A stretch of 46,443 bases of DNA, taken from NCBI GenBank assembly GCA_030617765.1, contig JAUWUU010000001.1, positions 1-46,443 on the forward strand, in the 5' to 3' direction. The first letter of the stretch is position 1; the number at the start of each line of letters is the position of its first letter. A model generated the notes under the pieces. That model ran no database searches, had not been told where the DNA came from, and was given only the letters and a program-made list of their open reading frames with translations. Below, one piece after another: positions 1 through 9,678 of this stretch. The stretch comes from Flavobacteriia bacterium. Its GTDB lineage: Bacteria; Bacteroidota; Bacteroidia; Flavobacteriales; Flavobacteriaceae. Made by a program: the position numbers and the translations under genes.

Positions 1-225
1 GATACAGGAAACGAAGTAGGTCAAGGAAATACTACGAAGATTTTTATAGGTGATATTCAAGCTGGATGGATATTGAATCCTGCCACAAATTTACAGTTAT
101 TTGGTGGTTTTACTTATAGAAGTTTCTCTCCATATCAAACCAGTAGTAATTTTAATGAAGATAATACAACCTGGTTTACAATTGGATTAAGGTCAAGTTT
201 ATTTAACTGGTATTTTGACAATTAA
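1..225 (+). CDS. 3' end of a RemB-like outer-membrane protein (gliding motility protein RemB family), truncated by window start
   Basis: Not in ORF track. Frame 1 reads DTGNEVGQGNTTKIFIGDIQAGWILNPATNLQLFGGFTYRSF...TTWFTIGLRSSLFNWYFDN then TAA at 223-225; amphipathic beta-strands and a C-terminus resembling flavobacterial RemB (from memory). Confidence 0.65.
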   Translation, partial: DTGNEVGQGNTTKIFIGDIQAGWILNPATNLQLFGGFTYRSFSPYQTSSNFNEDNTTWFTIGLRSSLFNWYFDN

Positions 226-2708
226 AAATAAAATCCTATACCACCTTTAATTGCAAAATTAGTTGCATTTGGAACATCCCTATAATTTCCTCTAAAAGAA
301 AAATCAATTCTTAATAGTTTAAATATATTGCCTACTCCTACGTGGTATTCCCAATACAATCTATCAGGTGCAACATAATTAATACTGGAAGCATTAATAG
401 CTTTATTTTCATCTGAGATTGAACCTGCTACTCCTCTAATCCCTATAATCTCGCGTAGTTGAAATTTTCTCAAAAAAGGAATTTTTGAGAAAAATCTTCC
501 ATTAAAATTATGCTCTAAATGTAGAGATGTATATTGATTGGTTACAAATTCATAATAATCTAACAAATCAAAAATTCTTCGAGCTGTAGCATACGTTTGA
601 TTTCCCGGAACTACATTTAATAATTGTAAAGGAACTGTATTAAAGGTTTTACCCATTTCAAAATACATTTTAGATTTTCCAATAAGTCCCAATTGAAAAG
701 GTTGCTCATAGTAAAATTGTAACTTATGATAATCAAAATTACTATCAAAAACACCTTTTAATCCTTTGGTATAACTTAAATAAAATGTAGGAAACCTTCC
801 TTGCCTATTACCTCCTTGGTCAACTCCTAATCCCCAGGGCTTACGACCAGGTGTATATTTAAAAGCAATACTTAATTCGGTTTGTTTTACCTCTGATTGA
901 ATATTGCCATCCTCATCATAATAATCAACACTAAACACTTCTGTATTAGCAGATTTTAATGTTTTAAAAGTTGATCCTACCCTTATCTCAAGGTTTTTTA
1001 TAGGTTCAATTGATAATTTTGCATTTGTTATATGAACATTAGAAAGTTTTTCATTATCTCCCCTTGTAAATATTGAAGTCGTATTAAAATTTCTTTCCAA
1101 GACATCATTTGATGTCGTCATACTTACCCCTAATTGCTCAATATCACGCCGGTTTCCTAACGAAACTATTAACCTATTCCTTTTTGTTAGCAACCATTTT
1201 CCTTCTACACCGTATTTAAATTTATTATCTTTAAAACCATAAGCCACAAATCCACTTATACGCCATGGATCTGATTTTGTAAAATAAGTTCTTCCACCTA
1301 ATCTCAATCTCAATCCTTCAATATCATTATAACCAATCGTTGAAAAAATCGGACCCCAATCAAAGCCATTCATAAAATTCCAATACCCAGAAGTTAAAAT
1401 TTCTGAAATATCTGTCAATTCTTTAAAACGTTTAACTGTTTCTAATGTATCTAACATTTCATAAATACCAACCTCATCTTTATTCAAACTTTCTTGTCGA
1501 TTTTGATTCCAATAATCATCTGGTTTATTATAAATTTCTTCACTTTGGCTTACATCTGGTTTGTAAAATTCATTTGGTCTTTTAACATTAAACACATGAT
1601 TGTCATAAAGCGTAGTTCTTTTTCCGTAAACACCTTTAGATAAATCTTTATTATTCAGTGAAAAATCACTCATAAAATGATCTCTTTTTAATAAAAAGGC
1701 ACTATCATTTACTACCTCAAATTCTTGTTCTATATAAATATCTTTTACCCAATTAATATTAGCACTTTTACTAGCATCCATTTGAATTTCCTTTATAGCA
1801 AAAGTTGTGTCATTTACCCAAAAATCTCCTTTAAAAGTTAATTCATTTTTACGTCGAGGGTAGAAAACAATATTAAAACACCATTTATTGTCAATAAAAG
1901 CACTATCAGCTAGAGCATAATTATAATTTTGCGGACCTAATTTAGAAAGTGGACTTGTAAAACTTTTATTAAAAAATTTAATATAATTATCATAGATATC
2001 ATACTCTACATATAATTGTTTTACAAATGCTATAAGACCTTGATTATCCTGAAAACCTGAATTTTTATTGGCAATTAGCTTTTCATTTATTCTTTTTGGC
2101 ACTGTATTTTTACTATAAATTTTATAAACAGATTCATTTATAAAAATAGGTAAATAAGCCTTTCCCGTAACTGTTGAAGTATCAACATGGTCAAAAACAA
2201 ACTCCATTCCGTTAAAAACTTTGTTATTCATTAATTTATCATCAACATTATTTAAATCAAATTCTATCTTTTCATATTTATCTAACTCGTATTGATTGTA
2301 TAAATAAAGTCCATTTTTTCTTTTCTTGCTCCAAATCTTTTTTAAGATGGCTATAGCCGGATTACCTTTGTTTTTAATCCTACCCGAATAAACAGTTACT
2401 TCTTTTAACGTTCCAAAATCTTCTTTTAGAGTAATTGTTAAATTATAATTTTGCCTTTTTAATGAGATCACCTCATTCTTATAACCCAAAAAAGAAACTA
2501 CTAAATTCGGATAAAATACATCTGATTGTATATAAAATTTACCATTCTCATCAGATACTACACCAATAGTTGAGCCCTGAAAAATTACATTTGAAAAAGG
2601 TATAGGTTGCTTATCTTCACCAATAACAACACCGCTTACCTTAACTTGTGCACTTAAGTTAAAGAGTGTAAAAAATACTAATAATGAAAGTATCAGTTTA
2701 TTGAGCAT
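222..2708 (-). CDS. DUF5686 family outer-membrane protein with N-terminal carboxypeptidase-like regulatory domain
   Basis: Signal peptide; VSGVV...PIPFSNV...GVVSDENGKF...VSFLGY (CarboxypepD_reg-like); YEKIEFD and FKGDFW motifs; ends in F like a beta-barrel. Confidence 0.85.
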   Translation of the reverse strand: MLNKLILSLLVFFTLFNLSAQVKVSGVVIGEDKQPIPFSNVIFQGSTIGVVSDENGKFYIQSDVFYPNLVVSFLGYKNEVISLKRQNYNLTITLKEDFGTLKEVTVYSGRIKNKGNPAIAILKKIWSKKRKNGLYLYNQYELDKYEKIEFDLNNVDDKLMNNKVFNGMEFVFDHVDTSTVTGKAYLPIFINESVYKIYSKNTVPKRINEKLIANKNSGFQDNQGLIAFVKQLYVEYDIYDNYIKFFNKSFTSPLSKLGPQNYNYALADSAFIDNKWCFNIVFYPRRKNELTFKGDFWVNDTTFAIKEIQMDASKSANINWVKDIYIEQEFEVVNDSAFLLKRDHFMSDFSLNNKDLSKGVYGKRTTLYDNHVFNVKRPNEFYKPDVSQSEEIYNKPDDYWNQNRQESLNKDEVGIYEMLDTLETVKRFKELTDISEILTSGYWNFMNGFDWGPIFSTIGYNDIEGLRLRLGGRTYFTKSDPWRISGFVAYGFKDNKFKYGVEGKWLLTKRNRLIVSLGNRRDIEQLGVSMTTSNDVLERNFNTTSIFTRGDNEKLSNVHITNAKLSIEPIKNLEIRVGSTFKTLKSANTEVFSVDYYDEDGNIQSEVKQTELSIAFKYTPGRKPWGLGVDQGGNRQGRFPTFYLSYTKGLKGVFDSNFDYHKLQFYYEQPFQLGLIGKSKMYFEMGKTFNTVPLQLLNVVPGNQTYATARRIFDLLDYYEFVTNQYTSLHLEHNFNGRFFSKIPFLRKFQLREIIGIRGVAGSISDENKAINASSINYVAPDRLYWEYHVGVGNIFKLLRIDFSFRGNYRDVPNATNFAIKGGIGFYF

Positions 2709-2721
2709 AAGTTAATCTAAC

Positions 2722-2748
2722 AAAAAAATCCTTTCTTTAATGAAAGGA
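2722..2748 (-). terminator. Probable intrinsic terminator after pdhB
   Basis: TCCTTTC / GAAAGGA stem, with an A-rich run at 2722-2727 that reads as a U-tract on the minus strand. Confidence 0.5.
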
Positions 2749-2802
2749 AAAATAAGAGTTGCAAATTAATTATTTTTGATTTAATTGCACTTTATATTTT
2801 AA

Positions 2803-3786
2803 TTATTCTAGTTTATACATTACTTTTTTAACAGCCTTCACAACATCATCGGCATTTGGTAACCATTCTTTTAATAAGACAGGTGAAAAAGGAGCAGGTG
2901 TATCAGCAGTTGTAATTCTCTGAATTGGCGCATCTAAATAATCAAATACATTTTCTTGTACTTGATAGGTAATTTCGCTTGAAACACTTGCAAAAGGCCA
3001 GGCTTCTTCAAGAATTACCAAACGGTTTGTTTTTTTAACCGAATTAAAAATTGCTTCAAAATCCATAGGTCTCACAGTGCGAAGATCAATTATTTCAACA
3101 GAAATACCTTCTTCTTTTAAAGTATCAGCCGCTTTAAAAGCTTCTTTTATTATTTTACCAAATGATACGATTGTAACATCAGTTCCTTCTCTTTTAATAT
3201 CTGCAACACCAATAGGTAAAATATATTCACCTTCAGGAACTTCACCTTTATCTCCATACATTTGTTCAGATTCCATAAAAATTACAGGATCATCATCACG
3301 AATTGCCGCTTTTAACAATCCTTTTGCGTCATAAGGTGTAGAAGGTACAACAACTTTTAAACCGGGAGTATTGGCATACCAATTTTCAAATGCCTGAGAA
3401 TGTGTTGCTGCCAATTGACCAGCAGAACCGGTAGGTCCTCTAAAAACAATTGGACAATTAAACTGTCCGCCAGACATTTGACGAATTTTTGCAGCATTAT
3501 TGATTATTTGATCGATCCCAACCAATGAAAAATTAAAGGTCATGTATTCAACTATAGGCCTATTGCCATTCATAGCTGACCCTACAGCAATTCCAGAAAA
3601 CCCTAACTCAGCAATAGGTGTATCAATAACTCTTTTTTTTCCAAATTCATCTAACATCCCTTTCGATGCTTTATAAGCACCATTATATTCTGCAACTTCT
3701 TCACCTAGCAAATAAACTGATTCATCCCTGCGCATTTCTTCACTCATCGCTTCTGCGATTGCTTCTCTAAATTGTAATACTTTCAT
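2803..3786 (-). CDS. pdhB: Pyruvate dehydrogenase E1 component beta subunit
   Basis: GEEVAEYNGAYKASKG, DTPIAE, QLAATHSQ, DAKGLLKAAIRDDDPVIFMESE, IDLRTVRP. Confidence 0.95.
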   Translation of the reverse strand: MKVLQFREAIAEAMSEEMRRDESVYLLGEEVAEYNGAYKASKGMLDEFGKKRVIDTPIAELGFSGIAVGSAMNGNRPIVEYMTFNFSLVGIDQIINNAAKIRQMSGGQFNCPIVFRGPTGSAGQLAATHSQAFENWYANTPGLKVVVPSTPYDAKGLLKAAIRDDDPVIFMESEQMYGDKGEVPEGEYILPIGVADIKREGTDVTIVSFGKIIKEAFKAADTLKEEGISVEIIDLRTVRPMDFEAIFNSVKKTNRLVILEEAWPFASVSSEITYQVQENVFDYLDAPIQRITTADTPAPFSPVLLKEWLPNADDVVKAVKKVMYKLE

Positions 3787-3835
3787 TTGTTTAAATATAT
3801 ATCTGTTCGTTTAATTTAAATGTTTTGAAGGTTTG

Positions 3836-3843
3836 CAAAATTA
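3836..3843 (-). promoter_or_regulatory. Bacteroidota sigma-A -7 element for pdhB
   Basis: TAATTTTG on the minus strand matches TAnnTTTG, about 50 bp upstream of the start. Confidence 0.55.
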
Positions 3844-3900
3844 AGGAAATTTTATAAAACATTTATCTGCTAAAATAAATTTCAATTAAAAATGAAATAT

Positions 3901-3918
3901 TATTATGCATGCATAGTA
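3901..3918. promoter_or_regulatory. Palindromic operator in the pdhB/etfB divergent region
   Basis: TATTATGCATGCATAGTA: 18-bp dyad with one mismatch and a perfect 12-bp core, just upstream of a -7-like TACCTTCG at 3937-3944. Confidence 0.6.
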
Positions 3919-3971
3919 TTTATCGAAAAAAAATATTACCTTCGTAACTTATAATATTTAATAAAGTAAAA

Positions 3972-4718
3972 ATGAAAATATTAGTATGTATTAGTCATGT
4001 TCCTGACACGACTTCTAAGATTAATTTTACTGAAAATAACACTAAATTTGACATCAATGGTGTCCAATTTGTTATAAATCCTCATGATGAATTTGTGTTA
4101 ACTCGCGCTATGTGGTTTAAAGAAAAACAAGGTGCTTCTATAACTGTTATAAACGTTGGTAATGTTTCTACGGAACCTACACTGCGCAAGGCTTTAGCAA
4201 TTGGTGCAGATGATGCAATTAGAGTCAATGCCGAAGCTACTGATGGTTTCTACGTTGCAAAACAATTGGCAGAAGTTATCAAAAATGGTGGTTATGATCT
4301 GATTATGGCCGGAAAAGAATCAATGGATTATAACGGAGGTATGGTTCCTGGAATGACCGCTTCAATTTTAGATTTTAATTTTGTTAATGCTTGTATAGGA
4401 ATTGAAGTTGAAGGTAATAAAGCTACAGTGACTCGTGATATTGATGGTGGAAAAGAAATTTTAAATACTGAGCTACCTTTAGTAATCGGTGGTCAAAAAG
4501 GTCTGGTTGAAGACAAAGATCTAAGAATTCCAAATATGAGAGGAATTATGATGGCTCGAAAAAAACCTTTAAATGTTGTTGAACCTATAGATTTTGATCC
4601 AACTACAGTTATTACTGATTTTGAAAAACCTACTCCAAAATCAAATTGTAAAATAATTGATGCCGATAAAGTTGAAGAATTAGTTGATTTATTACACAAT
4701 GAAGCTAAAGTGATTTAA
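3972..4718 (+). CDS. etfB: Electron transfer flavoprotein beta subunit
   Basis: MKILVCISHVPDT, INPHDE, LRKALAIGAD, AGKESMDYNGG, LRIPNMRGIM. Confidence 0.95.
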   Translation: MKILVCISHVPDTTSKINFTENNTKFDINGVQFVINPHDEFVLTRAMWFKEKQGASITVINVGNVSTEPTLRKALAIGADDAIRVNAEATDGFYVAKQLAEVIKNGGYDLIMAGKESMDYNGGMVPGMTASILDFNFVNACIGIEVEGNKATVTRDIDGGKEILNTELPLVIGGQKGLVEDKDLRIPNMRGIMMARKKPLNVVEPIDFDPTTVITDFEKPTPKSNCKIIDADKVEELVDLLHNEAKVI

Positions 4719-4735
4719 TTAATAAAAAATAAAAT

Positions 4736-5701
4736 ATGTCTGTTTTAGTATTTGCCGATAATTCGGATGGAAAATTTAAAAAAAATGCATTTGAAGTTAC
4801 TTCTTACGGAAAAAAAGTAGCCGAAATAGCTCAAAGTAACTTGGTTGTTTTAACAATTAATGCAAATGATGTTTCGGAATTATCTAATTTCGGTGCAGAA
4901 AGAATAATAAAGGTTAATGATGATAAATTAAAAAACTTTAATGCTAAAGCTTACGCTGATGTTATCAAGCAAGTAGCTTTAAAAGAAGGTTCTGATATTG
5001 TTATTATCGACTCCAGCACTGATGGAATATATCTCGCTCCTTTAGTTGCTGTAAATTTAGAAGCGGGTTATGCTTCAAATACTGTTGGTGTTCCAAATTC
5101 AATTGCTCCTTTTGTAGTTAAACGTAAAGTTTTTTCATCAAAAGCATTTGATCACACTGAAATTAAAACATCCAATAAAGTTATTGGACTATCAAAAAAT
5201 TCATTTGGTTTAGTTGATAATAAGGTAAATGCAGTTGAAGAAGATTTTAGTCCTTCATTATCTGATGAAGGGTTTAAAGTAACTGTTACTTCCGTTGAAA
5301 AAACTACAGGTAAGGTAACTATTGCTGATGCAGATATTGTTGTTTCTGCAGGAAGAGGATTAAAAGGTCCTGAAAACTGGGGAATGATAGAAGAATTGGC
5401 CGAAGTTCTAGGAGCAGCAGTTGCTTGTTCTAAACCTGTTGCCGATTTAGGCTGGAGACCGCATAGCGAACATGTTGGACAAACAGGTAAACCGGTTGCA
5501 TCAAATTTATATATAGCAGTTGGTATCTCTGGTGCCATTCAACATCTAGCCGGAGTAAATTCTTCAAAAGTTAAAGTTGTCATTAATACTGATCCTGAAG
5601 CACCTTTTTTTAAAGCTGCCGATTATGGTATTGTTGGTGATGCATTTGAAGTTGTTCCTGCATTAATTGAAAAATTAAAAGAATTTAAAGGAAATCAATA
5701 A
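4736..5701 (+). CDS. etfA: Electron transfer flavoprotein alpha subunit
   Basis: ADIVVSAGRGL, VGQTGK, LYIAVGISGAIQHLAG, INTDPEAPFF, ADYGIVGD. Confidence 0.95.
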   Translation: MSVLVFADNSDGKFKKNAFEVTSYGKKVAEIAQSNLVVLTINANDVSELSNFGAERIIKVNDDKLKNFNAKAYADVIKQVALKEGSDIVIIDSSTDGIYLAPLVAVNLEAGYASNTVGVPNSIAPFVVKRKVFSSKAFDHTEIKTSNKVIGLSKNSFGLVDNKVNAVEEDFSPSLSDEGFKVTVTSVEKTTGKVTIADADIVVSAGRGLKGPENWGMIEELAEVLGAAVACSKPVADLGWRPHSEHVGQTGKPVASNLYIAVGISGAIQHLAGVNSSKVKVVINTDPEAPFFKAADYGIVGDAFEVVPALIEKLKEFKGNQ

Positions 5702-5733
5702 GTAAATCATATTTTTTAGTAAATTGTGCCTTT

Positions 5734-5789
5734 AAAAGGCTGTTTGAATTTTTGGACCAAATATGTCCTTAATTTTAACAGCTTTTTTT
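5734..5789 (+). terminator. Long hairpin with U-tract after etfA (terminator or attenuator)
   Basis: AAAAGGCTGTT...AACAGCTTTTTTT outer stem with inner GGAC/GTCC pairing. Confidence 0.6.
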
Positions 5790-5831
5790 AATTTATATTA
5801 ATAATTTTATAATAAATCTTCTATTAAACAA

Positions 5832-6449
5832 GTGAGTTTAGTTCGATTAAATATTAAAGGAATCTCCTACAGTCAAACACAAAGTGGTGCTTACGCCCTA
5901 GTCTTAAGTGAAATGGAAGGAGAGCGAACATTACCAATTATTATTGGTGCTTTTGAGGCCCAGTCAATTGCTATCGCTTTGGAAAAAGAAATTAAACCCC
6001 CAAGACCTCTTACGCATGACCTATTTAAGACCTTTGCTGACAGGTTCAATATTGTCGTTAAGCAAGTTATCATTCATAAATTGGTAGATGGTGTGTTCTA
6101 TTCTAGTTTGATTTGCGAATTTGATAAAACGGAAGAAATAATTGATGCCAGAACTTCAGACGCTATAGCTCTTGCCATAAGGTTTAATGCACCTATTTTT
6201 ACATTTGAAAATATTTTAGACAAAGCAGGTATTATTCTAAAACTTAAGGATCAGACCAAATTAGAACAATCAAAATTTAAGATGGAAGATCTGGTTGCTG
6301 ACATTGAAGATGTAGAAGATGCAGAAGAATTAACATTTGAAAAAGAAAACTTAGAAGATCTAAACAAACAGTTAGAACAAGCTGTTTCAAATGAAAATTA
6401 TGAATTGGCTGCTAAAATTAGAGATGAGATCTCAAAACGCGAAAAATAA
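5832..6449 (+). CDS. Bifunctional nuclease (DUF151) with C-terminal UVR domain
   Basis: LPIIIGAFEAQSIA, PRPLTHDL, IDARTSDAIALA; C-terminal AVSNENYELAAKIRDEI; GTG start. Confidence 0.9.
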   Translation: MSLVRLNIKGISYSQTQSGAYALVLSEMEGERTLPIIIGAFEAQSIAIALEKEIKPPRPLTHDLFKTFADRFNIVVKQVIIHKLVDGVFYSSLICEFDKTEEIIDARTSDAIALAIRFNAPIFTFENILDKAGIILKLKDQTKLEQSKFKMEDLVADIEDVEDAEELTFEKENLEDLNKQLEQAVSNENYELAAKIRDEISKREK

Positions 6450-6467
6450 AAACTACACTCTACCATT

Positions 6468-7712
6468 ATGAATATTAAATTTCGTTTAACAGTCTTAAAC
6501 TTTTTTGAATTTTTTGTTTTTGGATCCTGGTTAATTTCTTTGGGTGGTTATTTGGGCGGACAGCTTCATTTTTCAGGAGCTCAAATAGGAAAAATATTTA
6601 TGACTTTAGGTCTGGCATCAATAATAATGCCCGCCATTGTTGGTATTATTGCTGATAAATATCTTAATGCTCAAAAGCTTCTGGGTATTATTCATATTTT
6701 GGGAGCTGGTTTTCTATTTTACTTATCCCTTATAAATGACTATGACACTTTCTTTTGGGTAATGTTGGCTTATCTAATGCTATACATGCCTACTATTGGA
6801 TTAGCTAACGCTGTATCATATAGTGTTCTAGAAGATAATAATTATGATATTGTTAAAGTTTTTCCGCCCATACGTGTTTGGGGTACCATAGGCTTTATTA
6901 TTGCCATGTGGGTTGTTGATTTTCTAGACTGGACTCAGAGTCCAAATCAATTTTATTTTGCAGCTGTATTTTCTTTACTATTGGGTATCTACTCATTTAC
7001 ATTACCCAATGTACCTTGTTCCACATCAAAAAGCAAATCACTAACTGAAAGATTAGGTTTAGATGCATTTGTTTTATTTAAAGAATATAAAATGGCTGTA
7101 TTCTTTATTTTCTCAATGCTTTTAGGAGTTGTATTACAAATTTCTAATGCCTGGGCTTCAGAATTTTTAAGAAGCTTTACAGCAGATTTTCCTGATTCTT
7201 TTGCTGTAAAACATTCTAATATACTAATTTCCTTATCTCAAATATCCGAAACAATCTTTATCTTAACCATTCCTTTCTTTTTAAAAAAATTCGGTATTAA
7301 AGCCGTAATGCTAATGAGTATGTTTGCTTGGTTTTTACGATTCTTTCTATTTGGAATTGGAAATCCTGAAGGAATAGGTTTGGCTTACTTAACAGTATCT
7401 ATGATCGTTTACGGTATGGCATTCGATTTCTTTAATATTTCAGGATCCCTATTTGTTGAGAATGAAACAGATCCAAAATTTAGAAGTAGCGCTCAGGGAT
7501 TATTTATTTTACTAACCAATGGTTTAGGTGCATTAATAGGTGGTTATACAAGTGGTCTTATTGTTGATCATTTTACAAATAATAATGGAGACAGAGACTG
7601 GAATAGTATTTGGTTTATTTTTGCTGGTTATGCTCTAATATTAACCATTGTTTTTGCTTTAGTTTTTAAATACAAGCACAAACCGGAAGAAATTAAAGAC
7701 ATAAATCACTAA
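6468..7712 (+). CDS. nupG: Nucleoside:H+ symporter, MFS NupG/XapB family
   Basis: About 12 TM segments; [49 protein letters not shown]. Confidence 0.85.
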   Translation: MNIKFRLTVLNFFEFFVFGSWLISLGGYLGGQLHFSGAQIGKIFMTLGLASIIMPAIVGIIADKYLNAQKLLGIIHILGAGFLFYLSLINDYDTFFWVMLAYLMLYMPTIGLANAVSYSVLEDNNYDIVKVFPPIRVWGTIGFIIAMWVVDFLDWTQSPNQFYFAAVFSLLLGIYSFTLPNVPCSTSKSKSLTERLGLDAFVLFKEYKMAVFFIFSMLLGVVLQISNAWASEFLRSFTADFPDSFAVKHSNILISLSQISETIFILTIPFFLKKFGIKAVMLMSMFAWFLRFFLFGIGNPEGIGLAYLTVSMIVYGMAFDFFNISGSLFVENETDPKFRSSAQGLFILLTNGLGALIGGYTSGLIVDHFTNNNGDRDWNSIWFIFAGYALILTIVFALVFKYKHKPEEIKDINH

Positions 7713-7747
7713 TTCACACAACACTAGAAAAAGAAGAAAAGCATAAA

Positions 7748-8572
7748 ATGAAGCAATATTTAGATTTAATTCAACACGTAATAGATAATGGTACTGTAAA
7801 AGAGGATAGAACGGGAACAGGAACTAAAAGTGTTTTTGGATATCAAATGCGTTTTGACTTAAACAAAGGTTTTCCAATGGTAACCACTAAAAAATTACAT
7901 CTAAAATCAATTATTTATGAATTGTTATGGTTTTTAAAGGGTGATACAAACATTGGATATTTGCAAGAAAACGGTGTAAAAATATGGAATGCTTGGGCAA
8001 ATGAAAATGGTGATTTAGGTCCTATTTACGGATATCAGTGGCGAAATTGGAATGGTGATGGAATCGACCAAATTGCTGATGTCATTAAAACCATTAAAAG
8101 TAACCCTGATAGTCGTCGTATGTTAGTATCTGCATGGAATCCGAGTGTTTTACCCGATACTTCAAAATCTTTTTCTGAAAATATTGCAAACAATAAAGCA
8201 GCACTTCCTCCATGCCATGCATTTTTTCAATTCTATGTAACAGATGGGAAATTATCCTGCCAGCTCTATCAAAGAAGTGCTGATATATTTTTAGGAGTAC
8301 CTTTTAATATTGCTTCATACGCCTTATTAACAATGATGATTGCGCATGTTACAGGTCTTAAATACGGTGATTTTGTTCATACTTTTGGTGATGCCCATAT
8401 TTATAGTAATCACAAAGAGCAAATAAAATTACAATTATCTCGTGAACCAAAAAATCTTCCTACAATGGAATTAAATTCAAATATTAAAAATATTTTTGAT
8501 TTTTCATTTAAAGATTTTAACTTAGTAAATTATTTTCCGCACTCGCATATAAAAGGAGCTGTATCAGTTTAA
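7748..8572 (+). CDS. thyA: Thymidylate synthase
   Basis: [47 protein letters not shown]. Confidence 0.98.
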   Translation: MKQYLDLIQHVIDNGTVKEDRTGTGTKSVFGYQMRFDLNKGFPMVTTKKLHLKSIIYELLWFLKGDTNIGYLQENGVKIWNAWANENGDLGPIYGYQWRNWNGDGIDQIADVIKTIKSNPDSRRMLVSAWNPSVLPDTSKSFSENIANNKAALPPCHAFFQFYVTDGKLSCQLYQRSADIFLGVPFNIASYALLTMMIAHVTGLKYGDFVHTFGDAHIYSNHKEQIKLQLSREPKNLPTMELNSNIKNIFDFSFKDFNLVNYFPHSHIKGAVSV

Positions 8573-8585
8573 AATTAAAAACCCT

Positions 8586-8783
8586 ATGAAAGCACTACAA
8601 CTAAAAAACAGTATCATTAAAGAGATTTCTCAAATAGATGATGTAAAGTATTTACAAAAAATTCAAAATTTGATCAATTCTTTCTATCAAAATTCAGATG
8701 GGTCTTCATTTTTAAGCAATAACAAAACTGATGTTAAAGCAAATTTTACTGATTACATCAAAGAATGGGTAAAAGATATGTAA
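8586..8783 (+). CDS. Small hypothetical protein (65 aa)
   Basis: ATG start; fills the gap between thyA and the 2TM gene with 13-bp and 10-bp spacers. Confidence 0.65.
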   Translation: MKALQLKNSIIKEISQIDDVKYLQKIQNLINSFYQNSDGSSFLSNNKTDVKANFTDYIKEWVKDM

Positions 8784-8793
8784 ATAAAATTAA

Positions 8794-9165
8794 TTGAAAA
8801 CAAACGATCAACATCAAATATACGAAGCTGCCCGTAAGCGAACCAAAAAGAAAAAAAATCTTTATTTTCATTTTGTTTTGTTTTTAGTTGGTTCTGTTTT
8901 TTTTATTTTTTTAAATAAATTCTTACATATTTATGATCAATATGACTGGTTCTTATGGGCTATTATGTTGTGGTTATTCTTCTTGGTAATACATTTTTTT
9001 AACTTCTTTGTATTCAACCGATTCTTTGATAAAGAATGGGAACGTATTCAGACTGAAAAATTAATTGAAAAACACAATTCAAAGGTCGGAAAGTTGGAAA
9101 AAACTTTAGAAAAAAAAGATTTTTTCTCTAAAATTGGAACTGAAAACGATCAAATTACAAATTAA
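8794..9165 (+). CDS. 2TM domain-containing membrane protein
   Basis: YEAARKR..KKK.LYFHF, two TM helices, W-(E/D) tail typical of the 2TM family; TTG start. Confidence 0.8.
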   Translation: MKTNDQHQIYEAARKRTKKKKNLYFHFVLFLVGSVFFIFLNKFLHIYDQYDWFLWAIMLWLFFLVIHFFNFFVFNRFFDKEWERIQTEKLIEKHNSKVGKLEKTLEKKDFFSKIGTENDQITN

Positions 9166-9180
9166 AAATTCCTCTATTTA

Positions 9181-9663
9181 ATGAATACAATTATAGCTGC
9201 TGTAGCAAAAAACAATGCGCTAGGCAAAGACAATAAATTAATCTGGCATTTGCCTGCTGACCTGATACGCTTTAAAAAAATTACTAGTGGACATCATATA
9301 ATTATGGGTAGAAAGACATTTGAATCGTTAGGAAAACCACTGCCTAATAGAACTACTATCATAATTACCCGAAATAAAAACTATAAAGCAGAAGGATCTA
9401 TTGTTGTAAATTCATTAGATGAAGCATTACAAATTGCAAAAATTGATGAAAATCCTTTTATTTTAGGTGGTGCTGAAATTTATAAACAAGCTATAAAAAT
9501 TGCTGATGTTTTAGATCTAACTATAGTCCACCAAGATTTTGAAGCTGATGTTTTCTTTCCTGAGATCGATAAAAATATTTGGAAAGAAACCTCAAGACAG
9601 GATTTCAAAGCCAGTGAAAAAAATAAATATGATTATAGTTTTGTTACTTATAACAGAAAATAA
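9181..9663 (+). CDS. folA: Dihydrofolate reductase
   Basis: IIAAVAKNNALG, WHLPADL, IMGRKTFES, PLPNR, ILGGAEIY, ADVFFP. Confidence 0.97.
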   Translation: MNTIIAAVAKNNALGKDNKLIWHLPADLIRFKKITSGHHIIMGRKTFESLGKPLPNRTTIIITRNKNYKAEGSIVVNSLDEALQIAKIDENPFILGGAEIYKQAIKIADVLDLTIVHQDFEADVFFPEIDKNIWKETSRQDFKASEKNKYDYSFVTYNRK

Positions 9664-9678
9664 TCCTTGAATTAAAGT

